Assembly: GCA_964363635.1 (NCBI GenBank)
Contig: CAYIIU010000005.1
Coordinates: 1 to 55,154, forward strand
Source: an uncultured archaeon
Lineage (GTDB): Archaea > Iainarchaeota > Iainarchaeia > Iainarchaeales > VGJJ01
Reading direction: 5' to 3'
Length of the DNA: 55,154 bases
Position numbers and translations under genes: made by a program. This document shows, piece after piece, positions 1 through 9,792 of the stretch; position 1 is the first letter of the stretch, and each line of letters opens with the position of its first letter. The notes beneath the pieces are model-generated. The model did not search any database and was not told the DNA's origin. It worked only from the letters and a program-made list of their open reading frames with translations.

Positions 1-14
1 AATCCCACATCGCA

Positions 15-842
15 TTGCCCCCACTCTTGAACCAAAAAACCGTCACCTTATTTTTCGAAAAACCTTCCACACGCACGCGTGTATCTTTCGACGCGGGAAT
101 TCATCTTTTGCACGGGCACTCTTTGTTCATCGACAAATCCATCACCCAAATGGGGCGCGGAGAGGATATGCAGGACACCGCCCTAACTTTATCACGCTAC
201 ACCGATTGTATCATGGGACGCGTTTTCGCCCACAAGGAATTGGAAATCATGGCGAAATATTCCGACAAGCCGGTCGTGAATGGATTGACGGACGAAGATC
301 ACCCGTGCCAAATCTTGTCTGATTTATTCACCATCCGAGAACATTTCGGGCGATTGCGTGGACTTACACTCTTGTATGCAGGTGTCTCGGATAACATCAC
401 GGATTCGCTTTTGGTCGGGTGCGCCATGCTGGGCGTGAACATGTACATTGCCTCGCCGAAGCAGTTTCCGGTTTCGCGAAAGTATTTGCAAATCGCCCAC
501 GCGCTGGCGAAGAAATCGGGTGCTGAAATAAAAATTTTCAATGAAATGCCCGACTCAAACACGTTGAAAAATGTGAATGTGGTGTACACGGATGAATGGG
601 AAAGCATGCACATGCACTTAGACAAGAAAAAACTCAAACCCATTTTGAGCAAATTCCAATTGAACGAAAAATTGCTTTCAAAGTGTGCCAAAGGCGCACG
701 GGGAATGCACTGCCTGCCTGCGTTGAAGGGTGAAGAGGTTTCGCAGCATGTGATGTACGTGAAGAATTCTTTAGTGTGGGAGCAAGCCCGCAACCGAATG
801 TATGTGCAGATGGCGCTGTTGAGTGCTATTTTGCGGAACTAG
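15..842 (+). CDS. argF: Ornithine carbamoyltransferase (probably 5'-truncated by the window edge)
   Basis: STRTR carbamoyl-phosphate motif, HPCQ, HCLP and VWEQARNR motifs. Confidence 0.93.
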   Translation: MPPLLNQKTVTLFFEKPSTRTRVSFDAGIHLLHGHSLFIDKSITQMGRGEDMQDTALTLSRYTDCIMGRVFAHKELEIMAKYSDKPVVNGLTDEDHPCQILSDLFTIREHFGRLRGLTLLYAGVSDNITDSLLVGCAMLGVNMYIASPKQFPVSRKYLQIAHALAKKSGAEIKIFNEMPDSNTLKNVNVVYTDEWESMHMHLDKKKLKPILSKFQLNEKLLSKCAKGARGMHCLPALKGEEVSQHVMYVKNSLVWEQARNRMYVQMALLSAILRN

Positions 843-843
843 T

Positions 844-3348
844 TCAGGAACCAAATCCTTCTCGAATATACTCATTCACCGCTTGCGCCGAGTATTCGTC
901 TCGCCAATTCCACTTGCTTTGCGCCCTTGCCTGCGTTAGGAAACCATCCAACGAAGGAGTTCCTCCTAAGGAGGACATGTACGTGGAAATGCTCCGCTCG
1001 GGGTGGGGAAATGACACTTGCGTGAGAGATGAACCGGTTTCTCCCGAATAGGAAATCCACGAGGAATAATCATGGTGTGCATCGGCGTATTCAAAGGGTG
1101 TGCTGCTCGTAGAAAAATAACGATTTCCTGAAAACGAAAGCAAGGAAGGAGGGTTGGCAAATTGAAGAGAGAGCGCGTCTCCTTGCGCGGGCATCTGGAA
1201 CGTGTTATTGTAGATGTGCGCAACCATATTGCTTGAAACCGCGAGAGCGGTACTCCCTAATTGCTGCGGGCGCGACCAATCGTACACGATGTTGTTATAG
1301 ATGTCCACATCCGAAGACGAATTATTCAGTTCGATGGCCACCACATTATACGTTGCGGGGTCGCTCCCGCCGTGCGCAAAAATATTATCGTACACGCGCG
1401 CATCCACTGCTTCGATTCTCAATCCGGAGCCGCGCGGGTCGTTGGGAGAAATATCCCTACTCTCCATGAAGACATTTCTCCGCACTTCCCCGCTTCGGGC
1501 AGGGTTGGCGTATCCGCAATTATCGTAATCGCTCAAGTTGCACCCGAAAAAGTTTCCGGAGTTTTTCAAAAACAAACTGTCTTCCATAATTCCGCCCGGG
1601 CGCAGCTGGATTCCTTCCGAAGAGGATTGGGCGCTGATGATGCCGCGCACGATGACATTTGTCACATCCGATTGAATGTAAATATTTCGACGAAAAAAAT
1701 TAGCGGGAGTAGCGCCGGGAATGGTTTCGCTCCACCCATTGTGAACCCATAATGTGTCTTCGAGCAATAGCATGTCCACGCCCGAAAAATATCCTCCTTG
1801 AACGTGGTCGTTGGATTTGGAAAACGCATCTGCAATAATGCTGCGGCGGATGGACACATCTTGACTGGAGAGGTTGTTCCATGCTTGCGTGCCGATGTTG
1901 AGGTTGTAACGCTCCACGAGAACATTTTCAATCAAAAACGAACGCACGCCGCCCAACAAAAAAATTCCCTGCGTGTCTTGAATGGAATCACTCGCACGCG
2001 AAAAATGCACATCCAACAAGGCGACGTTTGAAATCAACCCATTACTCGAAATGGTGAATCCGGTGTCGGTAACAATATGCGGCCGCTGCGTGGAGAGGCC
2101 ATAACTGGCGATGACCATTGGCTTGCTCGGCGATTCCCCCGAAAGCGACCATGAGGAGGTAAACTCTTGAGTGGCATTCCACGTATCTCCACGGCGCAGA
2201 AGCAGCCAATCCGGAAAACCATTTCGCAATGCGTTCACGCCCGCAAAAATATTTTTCTTGGGGCCGCACAACCCGGAAGCGGGAGCATCGGGGCATAAGC
2301 CCGTCCAGGAGTCATTTCCCTGCGAAGACGAAACGTAAATTATCGTGGTGTTCGCACTCGTATCAAACGTGGACCAGCCATTTTCGTTTGAAAGAGACTC
2401 GGCTAGTTCACTTGTGTCTAACGAATCGGAGCACCCTAAGTCGTATTGCCAATCCACGAGACCATCGGCATCATCGTCAATTCCATTGGAACACGCCGAC
2501 AACGCAGGACCACTCGGCGAAGTGGCAACACTCGACACGGCACTGCTTTCACTACGGTTTCCCGCCGCATCGTAGGCACGCACGCGGGCAAAATAAGTCG
2601 TATTGGACGTGAGTCCAGTCACGTTCACCAAAAGCACATTTCCAACGTCTGCATTATTCCAACTGCCCACCAAACTAGAAAAATTTTGAACCGTGGAAAT
2701 GTCCACAAAGTAACCTGACACCCCCACGTTATCCGTGGATGCATTCCACGAAAAACGAATGGATGAAGAAGAAATGGATTGCCCGGTTAATCCAGTGGGA
2801 ATGGATGGAGGGGTGGTATCGGAAACGTTTCCCCCCAAGCAAAGAGTGGTTGTAATTACACAATCATCGCACAACAAATTTCCCGATACAAAAACAGAAT
2901 CGTACGCGGCACATTGGCTAACCCCATTCCCAAACGAACCAAAATCAGAACCGTCACATGATTCGTTTCCATTCTTCACGCCATCGCCGCAAAACAAAAC
3001 AGGAGGACACGCGTTGCCGCACCCATTATTTCCAGAAGAATTATTCCCCGAATTTCCACCACCGCCCGACCCGAAGGAATTTCCAGGAAAATTTCCGCTG
3101 GTGTTAGTGTCATTTTCGGGTGGAATAACCGGCAGTGTTTCAGTCACGGTAGGAGGAACCACTATCGGGAATGGAAGACTAATGAAGTTCGTTGGAAATG
3201 CCTTCAATATAGAACCATCCTGAAAAAAATCGGCCACATTTCCATTTGAAATATTTTCCAGAAGATAAAACGAAAAAATAAAAAGTAAAATAGCGCCGGC
3301 CACGAAAAACGGACCGTTCGTCAACCACCAACTATTTTCACCTTTCAC
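844..3348 (-). CDS. Membrane-anchored surface protein: Cys-rich module, FN3 domain, Ca-binding DxDxDG motif, right-handed beta-helix (pectin-lyase-like) domain
   Basis: N-terminal TM helix, Gly/Asn linker, CGDG..ESCDG module, DTTPPSIP..W..STDNVGV..Y..RAYDAAGN (FN3), CSNGIDDDADGLVD, repeated NIF/NIV strands. Confidence 0.75.
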   Translation of the reverse strand: MKGENSWWLTNGPFFVAGAILLFIFSFYLLENISNGNVADFFQDGSILKAFPTNFISLPFPIVVPPTVTETLPVIPPENDTNTSGNFPGNSFGSGGGGNSGNNSSGNNGCGNACPPVLFCGDGVKNGNESCDGSDFGSFGNGVSQCAAYDSVFVSGNLLCDDCVITTTLCLGGNVSDTTPPSIPTGLTGQSISSSSIRFSWNASTDNVGVSGYFVDISTVQNFSSLVGSWNNADVGNVLLVNVTGLTSNTTYFARVRAYDAAGNRSESSAVSSVATSPSGPALSACSNGIDDDADGLVDWQYDLGCSDSLDTSELAESLSNENGWSTFDTSANTTIIYVSSSQGNDSWTGLCPDAPASGLCGPKKNIFAGVNALRNGFPDWLLLRRGDTWNATQEFTSSWSLSGESPSKPMVIASYGLSTQRPHIVTDTGFTISSNGLISNVALLDVHFSRASDSIQDTQGIFLLGGVRSFLIENVLVERYNLNIGTQAWNNLSSQDVSIRRSIIADAFSKSNDHVQGGYFSGVDMLLLEDTLWVHNGWSETIPGATPANFFRRNIYIQSDVTNVIVRGIISAQSSSEGIQLRPGGIMEDSLFLKNSGNFFGCNLSDYDNCGYANPARSGEVRRNVFMESRDISPNDPRGSGLRIEAVDARVYDNIFAHGGSDPATYNVVAIELNNSSSDVDIYNNIVYDWSRPQQLGSTALAVSSNMVAHIYNNTFQMPAQGDALSLQFANPPSLLSFSGNRYFSTSSTPFEYADAHHDYSSWISYSGETGSSLTQVSFPHPERSISTYMSSLGGTPSLDGFLTQARAQSKWNWRDEYSAQAVNEYIREGFGS

Positions 3349-3497
3349 GAGCCCAAAAGATGACCGCCCCTAATAAGGAAGATGTGAGTGCGATTGCCAC
3401 AAAACAAATGTACAGGGAGCGTGGGGAGGGAGATTCAATACGCACTCCTTTTTCTTTTGATAAAAAAAAGTAGACGCCCAGTCAAAAAGAAAACTAG

Positions 3498-3519
3498 GGG
3501 GTATTGCGTGCAATACCCC
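3498..3519. repeat. Type-A hairpin (GGGGTATTGC-GT-GCAATACCCC)
   Basis: Perfect 10-bp inverted repeat; similar to hairpins at 3717, 18489 and 45917. Confidence 0.75.
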
Positions 3520-3537
3520 GTTTCTCGATTGGTCCAA

Positions 3538-3593
3538 GAACCTTTTAGAAAAAGGTTCATCAAAATTTCGATGAACCCTTTGTTAAAGGGTTC
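3538..3593. repeat. Head-to-head doublet of type-B REP-like palindromes
   Basis: GAACCTTTT-AGA-AAAAGGTTC-ATCAAAA followed by TTTCGAT-GAACCCTTT-GTT-AAAGGGTTC. Confidence 0.8.
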
Positions 3594-3603
3594 CGAAACT
3601 GGA

Positions 3604-3676
3604 CGGGGGGAGGGAGATTTGAACTCCCGTCTGCACCTCCCGAAGGTGCAATCCTACCAGGCTAGACTATCCCCCC
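3604..3676 (-). tRNA. tRNA-Pro(CGG)
   Basis: Acceptor GGGGGGA/TCCCCCC, anticodon arm GCACC-TT-CGG-GA-GGTGC, T-loop GTTCAAAT. Confidence 0.95.
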
Positions 3677-3704
3677 AACCAAATTATCCATATGGTTGAT
3701 CGGT

Positions 3705-3771
3705 GGACTACACTTAGCGGGATTTGCAATCCCGCAGTAGGCCGATACTAACTTTTGACCCAAGAACCCTT
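3705..3771. repeat. Composite palindromic element (GGACTAC, type-A hairpin, GTAGGC, degenerate TTTTGACC..GAACC)
   Basis: Aligns with 18478-18542 with a compensatory CTAC/GTAG versus CTAT/ATAG change. Confidence 0.7.
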
Positions 3772-3797
3772 AAAAATGGCATTTCACACGTTAGCGC

Positions 3798-5012
3798 ATG
3801 GAACCCTTCAAACGCATCACGCTCGTCTACGCTCTCTTTGCATTCGCCGCGGTGCTGATGGACCCCATCTTCTCCGTATATCTCGTGTCAAAAGGATACG
3901 ACACGGCGTGGATGACAATTATCCTCTCCTCGTTTTCACTCACCATGATTATGGTAGCCCCCCTCATCGGAGGAATTTCAGACACGTGGGGGAGACGGCC
4001 CCTCATTTTGGGAGGAATCGTACTCGAAATAGCGGTCGTGCTGTCGTACGCGCTGGTCACGCACCCCTTTGTCGTTTTCGCCACGCGCATCGCAGAAGCC
4101 ATAGCGTATGCGTGCGTCATCTTTGTTGCGATTGCCAAAATGGAAGACATTGTATCGAGTCAAAAGAAAAAAAATGTGGGAGAACAAGTCGGAAAAAGTT
4201 TATCGATTGGAAAACTCGGCCACGTATTTGGACCGCTCGCAGGAGGACTCATTGCCACCACATTCGGGGTCACCGCCCCCTTCTACGCAAGCGCCATTAT
4301 TTTAGTATTGTTAGGAGGATGGTATTTTTTTGAAAAACATAATGTTCATCCAAAACCGCCCTTTGAAAAATTGACATTCAACCCATTCCCGCGCATCAAA
4401 GAATATTTGAAAATAAAACCATTGAAAGGACTGGCCATTTTGGAAGGAGCGCACCAGTTCAGCATGCCCGTGCTGTTTGTGTTCATCCCATTATTCTTGG
4501 CGCGCGACTTGGGATTTACGCTCGCACAGGTAGGATTAGTCATTTTTGTGAGGGAATTTCCCATGCTCTTCCAATTTTGGGGTGGAAAACTCTCCGATAA
4601 ATGGGGGTCGCAAAAAACACTCTTGTTAGGAACCACACTCGCAGGAATAGCATTGCTCGCATTGTCGCAAGTACGCACGTTCGACTGGATTCTCCTCACG
4701 TCATTCTTGTTCGGACTCGGCACGAGCATGTTGGGAATCAGCGGACTCTCCCTGCTTTCGGGAATAGCACAGAAAACAAAACAAGAAGGAACGTTTTTGG
4801 GAGCACAGGTCGCGACCATCAAAATAGGGGCGTTCTTCGCCTTCCTCGTTGCGGGAACGGTCGTTCAAATCACGTCCATCCCCACCCTATTCCTCCTCAC
4901 GGGAGCAGTCATCCTATTAGGAGTCATTTTGGGAGAAAGTTTCCTAGGATTCCAATCCTTCCCTTTGCCCTCGCCCAAACGCCTAATCAATGGAATATTC
5001 CACCATCGTTGA
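3798..5012 (+). CDS. MFS transporter
   Basis: About 12 hydrophobic segments; motif A GGISDTWGRR and GKLSDKWGSQ. Confidence 0.92.
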   Translation: MEPFKRITLVYALFAFAAVLMDPIFSVYLVSKGYDTAWMTIILSSFSLTMIMVAPLIGGISDTWGRRPLILGGIVLEIAVVLSYALVTHPFVVFATRIAEAIAYACVIFVAIAKMEDIVSSQKKKNVGEQVGKSLSIGKLGHVFGPLAGGLIATTFGVTAPFYASAIILVLLGGWYFFEKHNVHPKPPFEKLTFNPFPRIKEYLKIKPLKGLAILEGAHQFSMPVLFVFIPLFLARDLGFTLAQVGLVIFVREFPMLFQFWGGKLSDKWGSQKTLLLGTTLAGIALLALSQVRTFDWILLTSFLFGLGTSMLGISGLSLLSGIAQKTKQEGTFLGAQVATIKIGAFFAFLVAGTVVQITSIPTLFLLTGAVILLGVILGESFLGFQSFPLPSPKRLINGIFHHR

Positions 5013-5079
5013 ACGTGAACAACTGACGAGGGTTTAAATTTTCGCTGACCCTTTTTGAAGAGTAAGGATTGTAAAAAAA

Positions 5080-6990
5080 ATGCCAACGAATGAACATGCT
5101 CACTACGCTGTTACTTGCGGGCTGGAAATTCACCAGCAATTAGACACGGGCAAACTCTTTTCACGATGCCCCACCGTGCTGAGGGATGATGCGCCTGAAT
5201 TCACATTCTCCCGACGCATGCACGCCGTAGCAAGTGAAACGGGAAAGATGGACCACGCGGCGTTGGAGGCAGTGCACAAGAAACAAACGTTCGTATATCA
5301 GGGCCATCATGAAAACACCTCACTCGTGGAAACGGACGAAGAACCGCCACATGTTATGGACAAGGACGCGCTGAATGTGGCACTCGAAGTATCATTACTA
5401 TGCGACGCGACGCTGGTGGATAATATGATTGTGATGCGCAAGACGGTTGTAGACGGAAGCAACACGTCCGGGTTTCAACGCACCGCGCAGGTGTCATTCG
5501 GCGGACAAATCACGCTCAACGATGGCACACTCATCCGCGTACAAGGATTAGCTGTAGAAGAAGACTCGGCGCGGCCCATAGAACGAAAAGAACACGAAGT
5601 GATTTACCGCTTAGACAGGCTGGGCTTTCCTCTGATTGAACTCGCCACGATGCCCGACATTCACACGCCGGAACACGCTAAACAAACGGCACTCAAAATT
5701 GGAGAAGCGATGCGCATTACAGGAAAAGTCAAACGTGGATTGGGAAGCATCCGCCAAGACATCAACATCTCCGTTCCCGGCGGAGCACGTGTGGAATTGA
5801 AGGGTGTGCAAGAACTGGATTTGATTGACGAATATGTTAGGCGCGAAATGCAGCGGCAAAATACACTCTTGAAAATAAAAGAAATGCTGAAAAGCGAAGG
5901 ACTGACGCACGACATGGTGAACAGCCAAGCGGGAATAGATGTTACCACCCAACTTGGAAAATCCTCCGCCAAAATGATTCAATCCGCACTGCAAAAAAAA
6001 CAATCCATTCACGCCGTCCGTTTACCATTCATGCATGGAAAAATGGGAATGGAAGTCCAGCCCTCACGCAGAATTGGGAGCGAAGTCTCCTCCTATGTAA
6101 AGGCACGCGCCGGACTGCAAGGATTGCTGCACGGAGACGAAGACATGGTGAAATACGGGTTTTCAACAAATGAAATATCCGCGCTCCGCGAAACGCTGCA
6201 CTGCCACGAAAAGGATTCATTTGCACTCGTCATCGGCGAGCACGAAAAATGCACACATGCCATTGATGTGATCAAGCACCGCGTGGCGCAATTACTAGAA
6301 GGCGTTCCGGAAGAAACGCGCAACGCACTTGAGGGGGGAAATTCCGAATACTCTCGACCATTGCCGGGAGCGGCACGAATGTATCCGGAGACGGACGCGT
6401 TGGACATCCCCATTCGAGAAGAAATGCTCACGCAGATTCGAAAGAACCTCCCCACATGGGCGGGTGAACGAAAACAACTGTACATGAAAAAAGGCCTATC
6501 CGAAAAACTCGCCGAAGAGATGAAACTAGACAACAACGCGCGCTTCTTCGAACATGTGCTCGCGGAAGGATACGACCCCACGACCGCGGCCACGCTTCTA
6601 CTCAGCACGCTCAACATTGTCCGCAAGGAAAATCCGAATGTGAACAAACTCACGGAAGAACAATTGGAGAACTTACTTGCGGCGGAAAAAAACAAACTCG
6701 TGCTGCGTGAAAAGTTTACGGACATTGTGAGAGAGTGGGCAAGCCATCCCGAGGATAGTTTGAGCCAAATCATGACCCACATGAAAATGGAAAACGTCAA
6801 TGATGATGAAGTTTCCCGCGTCGTGCGCCAGATCATGGACAAAAATGAACACTTAATCATCGCCAAAGGAATGAACTCTCAACAGGCATTCATGGGATTA
6901 GCCATGCAGGCGCTGCGCGGAAAAGCACAAGGGTATTTCATTGCTCAAGCCGTGGAAAAAGAACTGAAAGCGCGCACCGGAAAAAACTAG
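5080..6990 (+). CDS. gatE: Glu-tRNA(Gln) amidotransferase subunit E
   Basis: GLEIHQQL, VDGSNTSGFQRT, YRLDRLGFPLIE, RGLGSIRQD, RPLPGAARMYPETD. Confidence 0.96.
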   Translation: MPTNEHAHYAVTCGLEIHQQLDTGKLFSRCPTVLRDDAPEFTFSRRMHAVASETGKMDHAALEAVHKKQTFVYQGHHENTSLVETDEEPPHVMDKDALNVALEVSLLCDATLVDNMIVMRKTVVDGSNTSGFQRTAQVSFGGQITLNDGTLIRVQGLAVEEDSARPIERKEHEVIYRLDRLGFPLIELATMPDIHTPEHAKQTALKIGEAMRITGKVKRGLGSIRQDINISVPGGARVELKGVQELDLIDEYVRREMQRQNTLLKIKEMLKSEGLTHDMVNSQAGIDVTTQLGKSSAKMIQSALQKKQSIHAVRLPFMHGKMGMEVQPSRRIGSEVSSYVKARAGLQGLLHGDEDMVKYGFSTNEISALRETLHCHEKDSFALVIGEHEKCTHAIDVIKHRVAQLLEGVPEETRNALEGGNSEYSRPLPGAARMYPETDALDIPIREEMLTQIRKNLPTWAGERKQLYMKKGLSEKLAEEMKLDNNARFFEHVLAEGYDPTTAATLLLSTLNIVRKENPNVNKLTEEQLENLLAAEKNKLVLREKFTDIVREWASHPEDSLSQIMTHMKMENVNDDEVSRVVRQIMDKNEHLIIAKGMNSQQAFMGLAMQALRGKAQGYFIAQAVEKELKARTGKN

Positions 6991-7559
6991 TTGGAAACAA
7001 ACGCATCGCTTTCATTCCAAATTTTTTGAAACTCATCTGCAAATTTTGAATTCAGCTCCGGCGAGGCGATAACTAATACATTCTCATTATTTTCTCCCAC
7101 TCCATTGCCCGTCCAGTTCATCGAACCATTAATTAATTTTTCCGAATCGATGACTGCAAACTTATTGTGCATGAAATTGGGATTTGAATCAATGCGCACG
7201 GAAATTCCATTCGTTGAGAGTGCAACATGCTGCGAATACTGCGAACCCGCCTGCTGTTTTTCTACGATTACACGCACATCCACGCCGCGCGCGTGCGCAC
7301 GAATGAGTGCATCGGCAAAGTCTTGGTTGGTAAATGAATACATCGCGACCCAAACACGTGAACGGGCAGAGTCAAGCGCAGCGATGGGAAGTGCAGTGCA
7401 CTCCGCGGAGGGGCAGAATGCGGTTTGAATGGAAGAATAAGGCACACTTTCCACAGGAGCACTTTCTCCGATTCCAAATGAAAAAAAACTCGCAGCAGAT
7501 GCTCCAGCAAGGAAAGCGATGACCAAAAGCCCAGCAACCCAAGAGAAGGATAATTTCAT
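6987..7559 (-). CDS. Secreted phospholipase D family (Nuc-like) protein, single HKD motif
   Basis: Signal/TM N-terminus; MHNKFAVID..GSMNWT; NNEN. Confidence 0.88.
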   Translation of the reverse strand: MKLSFSWVAGLLVIAFLAGASAASFFSFGIGESAPVESVPYSSIQTAFCPSAECTALPIAALDSARSRVWVAMYSFTNQDFADALIRAHARGVDVRVIVEKQQAGSQYSQHVALSTNGISVRIDSNPNFMHNKFAVIDSEKLINGSMNWTGNGVGENNENVLVIASPELNSKFADEFQKIWNESDAFVSN

Positions 7560-7596
7560 ACACGCTCAACGGGGCGGGACGCTTAAAAATATACGT

Positions 7597-9015
7597 TCAA
7601 ATTGATTGAAATCGGCGCAAATAAACTGTGCTTCCACCACCGTGGTGCGTTTCAAGGAAACCTTCCTTCTCTAAAAATTCAAAAATGGGGAGCCTATCTT
7701 TATTCATGGTTCTTCGTGCGGCATCGATCGATCTTCCCCCGGAACCAATATATGTAAGCCCGCGCGCCAGTTGTTCGTAAGCACCTTCTCCAAAACGCGA
7801 AGTAAAACTTGGGTTCGTCGCAGCAATAGTAAAAATGCGCTGGACTAATGATCCTTGAATGTAGAGTGATTGAACGCTGCGAGACGAAATAACTCTTTTT
7901 TCGACTAATCTTGAAAGCAAGTCAGCAGTTGGTGAAGATTCTTTTCTCATTTCGGCGATAGAATAAGCGACTGGATTGAAGGCCCTTGCCGAAAGAGTAT
8001 TTGAAAAGGATTTGCTCAAAAGGGCACTTCTTCTGTCTAAAGGGGATTCCTTCGGAGCGTAAGAGGCCATACGATCCCCTCGCGAACCCGATTTTACAGA
8101 GTCCGAACCGGCACGAGCAGCCACCTTCCCACGACCCTTTTCACGGCGCATGAAGGTAGCCATTGAATTGGAATAAACCGACTGAACTAATTCCGTAAAG
8201 GCAACCACAAAATAATTCGATTCATCCCCATTCGCAACTACGGATGGCCACGCCGCCTTTTGGGAGGAAGACATCGCATCCCACTTCTGAAGGATTTCAT
8301 CGACGCCGCGAACCACGCCTTTTCGAACTTGGATGAGTTGGTTTGCAGATAGATGCAGGCCTTGCTCTCGTAAAGTGGAGGCGATAATCTTCGTCAGTTC
8401 ATTCTTCAACTCATTTGATTGAATGGCTTTTGCACGCCGCTTTTTCATTATTCGGATATATCTCCTCTCGATGTTTTTCCAATTTAGTTCAGCGTTGTCA
8501 AATTCAGCCTCATCGGTAAAACGGACAATCTTTACTATTTCTGGAACAATTGGAATCCGACGTGCTCTCATGTAGTTCTCGATTTCCATCCAAATTCGAG
8601 GTTTAAGATTCGCCATTTCACGGGGCACTGCTCGGTTAGACATCACAATCACCATGTCTTTCGCCACCCCTTCAGGAATATTCTTAATAAATTCTTCAGC
8701 ATAGGCCGCGTTCAATTTTCTTTTAGGATGTCTTCCGGAATACCTTTCTATCGCTTCTAAAAATGACCGCCAATTCTGGCGAAATAATATTTTTCGTTGT
8801 TCAAGAGAATAGTTTTCTGGATGAGTAACCATTTCCAACAACTGCCGGTAAATTGGAGAAAAAAATTCTACACCTTTATTGAGATGTTTCTTCCGAATAT
8901 CCACCCGTTCTTGCCTAGACTGCTTCACCCAAACAGAACTTCTTCCTCGTCGAGCAGACCCCGGAGAGTAGCGTATCGTCTCTGACACCGGGCGGGTTCC
9001 TTTTCCACGAGCCAT
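7597..9015 (-). CDS. Hypothetical basic protein (orphan; possible C-terminal winged helix)
   Basis: 472-aa open frame, Arg/Lys-rich N-terminus, no recognised family motif. Confidence 0.7.
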   Translation of the reverse strand: MARGKGTRPVSETIRYSPGSARRGRSSVWVKQSRQERVDIRKKHLNKGVEFFSPIYRQLLEMVTHPENYSLEQRKILFRQNWRSFLEAIERYSGRHPKRKLNAAYAEEFIKNIPEGVAKDMVIVMSNRAVPREMANLKPRIWMEIENYMRARRIPIVPEIVKIVRFTDEAEFDNAELNWKNIERRYIRIMKKRRAKAIQSNELKNELTKIIASTLREQGLHLSANQLIQVRKGVVRGVDEILQKWDAMSSSQKAAWPSVVANGDESNYFVVAFTELVQSVYSNSMATFMRREKGRGKVAARAGSDSVKSGSRGDRMASYAPKESPLDRRSALLSKSFSNTLSARAFNPVAYSIAEMRKESSPTADLLSRLVEKRVISSRSVQSLYIQGSLVQRIFTIAATNPSFTSRFGEGAYEQLARGLTYIGSGGRSIDAARRTMNKDRLPIFEFLEKEGFLETHHGGGSTVYLRRFQSI

Positions 9016-9098
9016 GCTGGATTACTTTTTTCTGAATTTTAAGGCTGTCTGGTAGGGGAGTTAAAAGGATATCCCGCACTTTTTCTTTAACGATAGTT

Positions 9099-9171
9099 AG
9101 CCCTATCGTCTAGTGGTCAAGGATATCGGGCTTTGGACCCGAGGACCTGCGTTCGAATCGCAGTAGGGCTA
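9099..9171 (+). tRNA. tRNA-Gln(TTG)
   Basis: Acceptor AGCCCTA/TAGGGCT (archaeal A1-U72), anticodon arm TCGGG-CT-TTG-GA-CCCGA, T-loop GTTCGAAT. Confidence 0.95.
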
Positions 9172-9176
9172 ATACC

Positions 9177-9749
9177 ATGTTACGAAATGAAACGATTTGG
9201 GATAAAATCTATCAAGAAGGGAAAACGCCGTGGGACTTGCGAAGGGCCGAACCCTATCTCGTCAACCTGACCATCCCCCCGTGTCGCATGCTTGATATTG
9301 GCTGCGGCCCCGGAAACGAATCCATTTCCATGGCTAAAAAAGGATTCGATGTCACAGGAATTGACATCTCCCACGCTGCCATCAAACAAGCCAATGACCG
9401 CGCACACGCGGAGAATGTTAACATCCATTTCATTCGATCCAATTTTCTTGAGTTTGAAACGAATAAATCATTCGACTTTGCATTAGATCGCGCCTGCTTT
9501 CACTTTTTTGACGAAAAAGAACGCAACCAATATATCGAAAAAATTGCTAAACTCCTACGATCGGGAGGAACGTTTCTATTATTCGTTTCGAGCGATCAGG
9601 AAACACCTAAAGGGCCCTTCCAATTTTCAGAAAGTGATATTCGCCAATTATTTTCAGCATATTTTACCATTACAAAAATAGAACTTGTCACTTTGGAAAA
9701 CCACGCCGAAAGACCCATGCCGTACGTATGCACAATGACGAGGAAGTAG
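9177..9749 (+). CDS. Class I SAM-dependent methyltransferase (TPMT/TehB-like)
   Basis: W..IY..GKTPWD, LDIGCGPG, DRACFH. Confidence 0.88.
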   Translation: MLRNETIWDKIYQEGKTPWDLRRAEPYLVNLTIPPCRMLDIGCGPGNESISMAKKGFDVTGIDISHAAIKQANDRAHAENVNIHFIRSNFLEFETNKSFDFALDRACFHFFDEKERNQYIEKIAKLLRSGGTFLLFVSSDQETPKGPFQFSESDIRQLFSAYFTITKIELVTLENHAERPMPYVCTMTRK

Positions 9750-9792
9750 AGTATCGCCTATATTAACCCCACGATGCAAAATAGTTGTTCCT

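Noticed and set aside
3490-3600. CRISPR array
   Set aside because: Palindromes are not identical, not regularly spaced and lack unique spacers; no cas genes.
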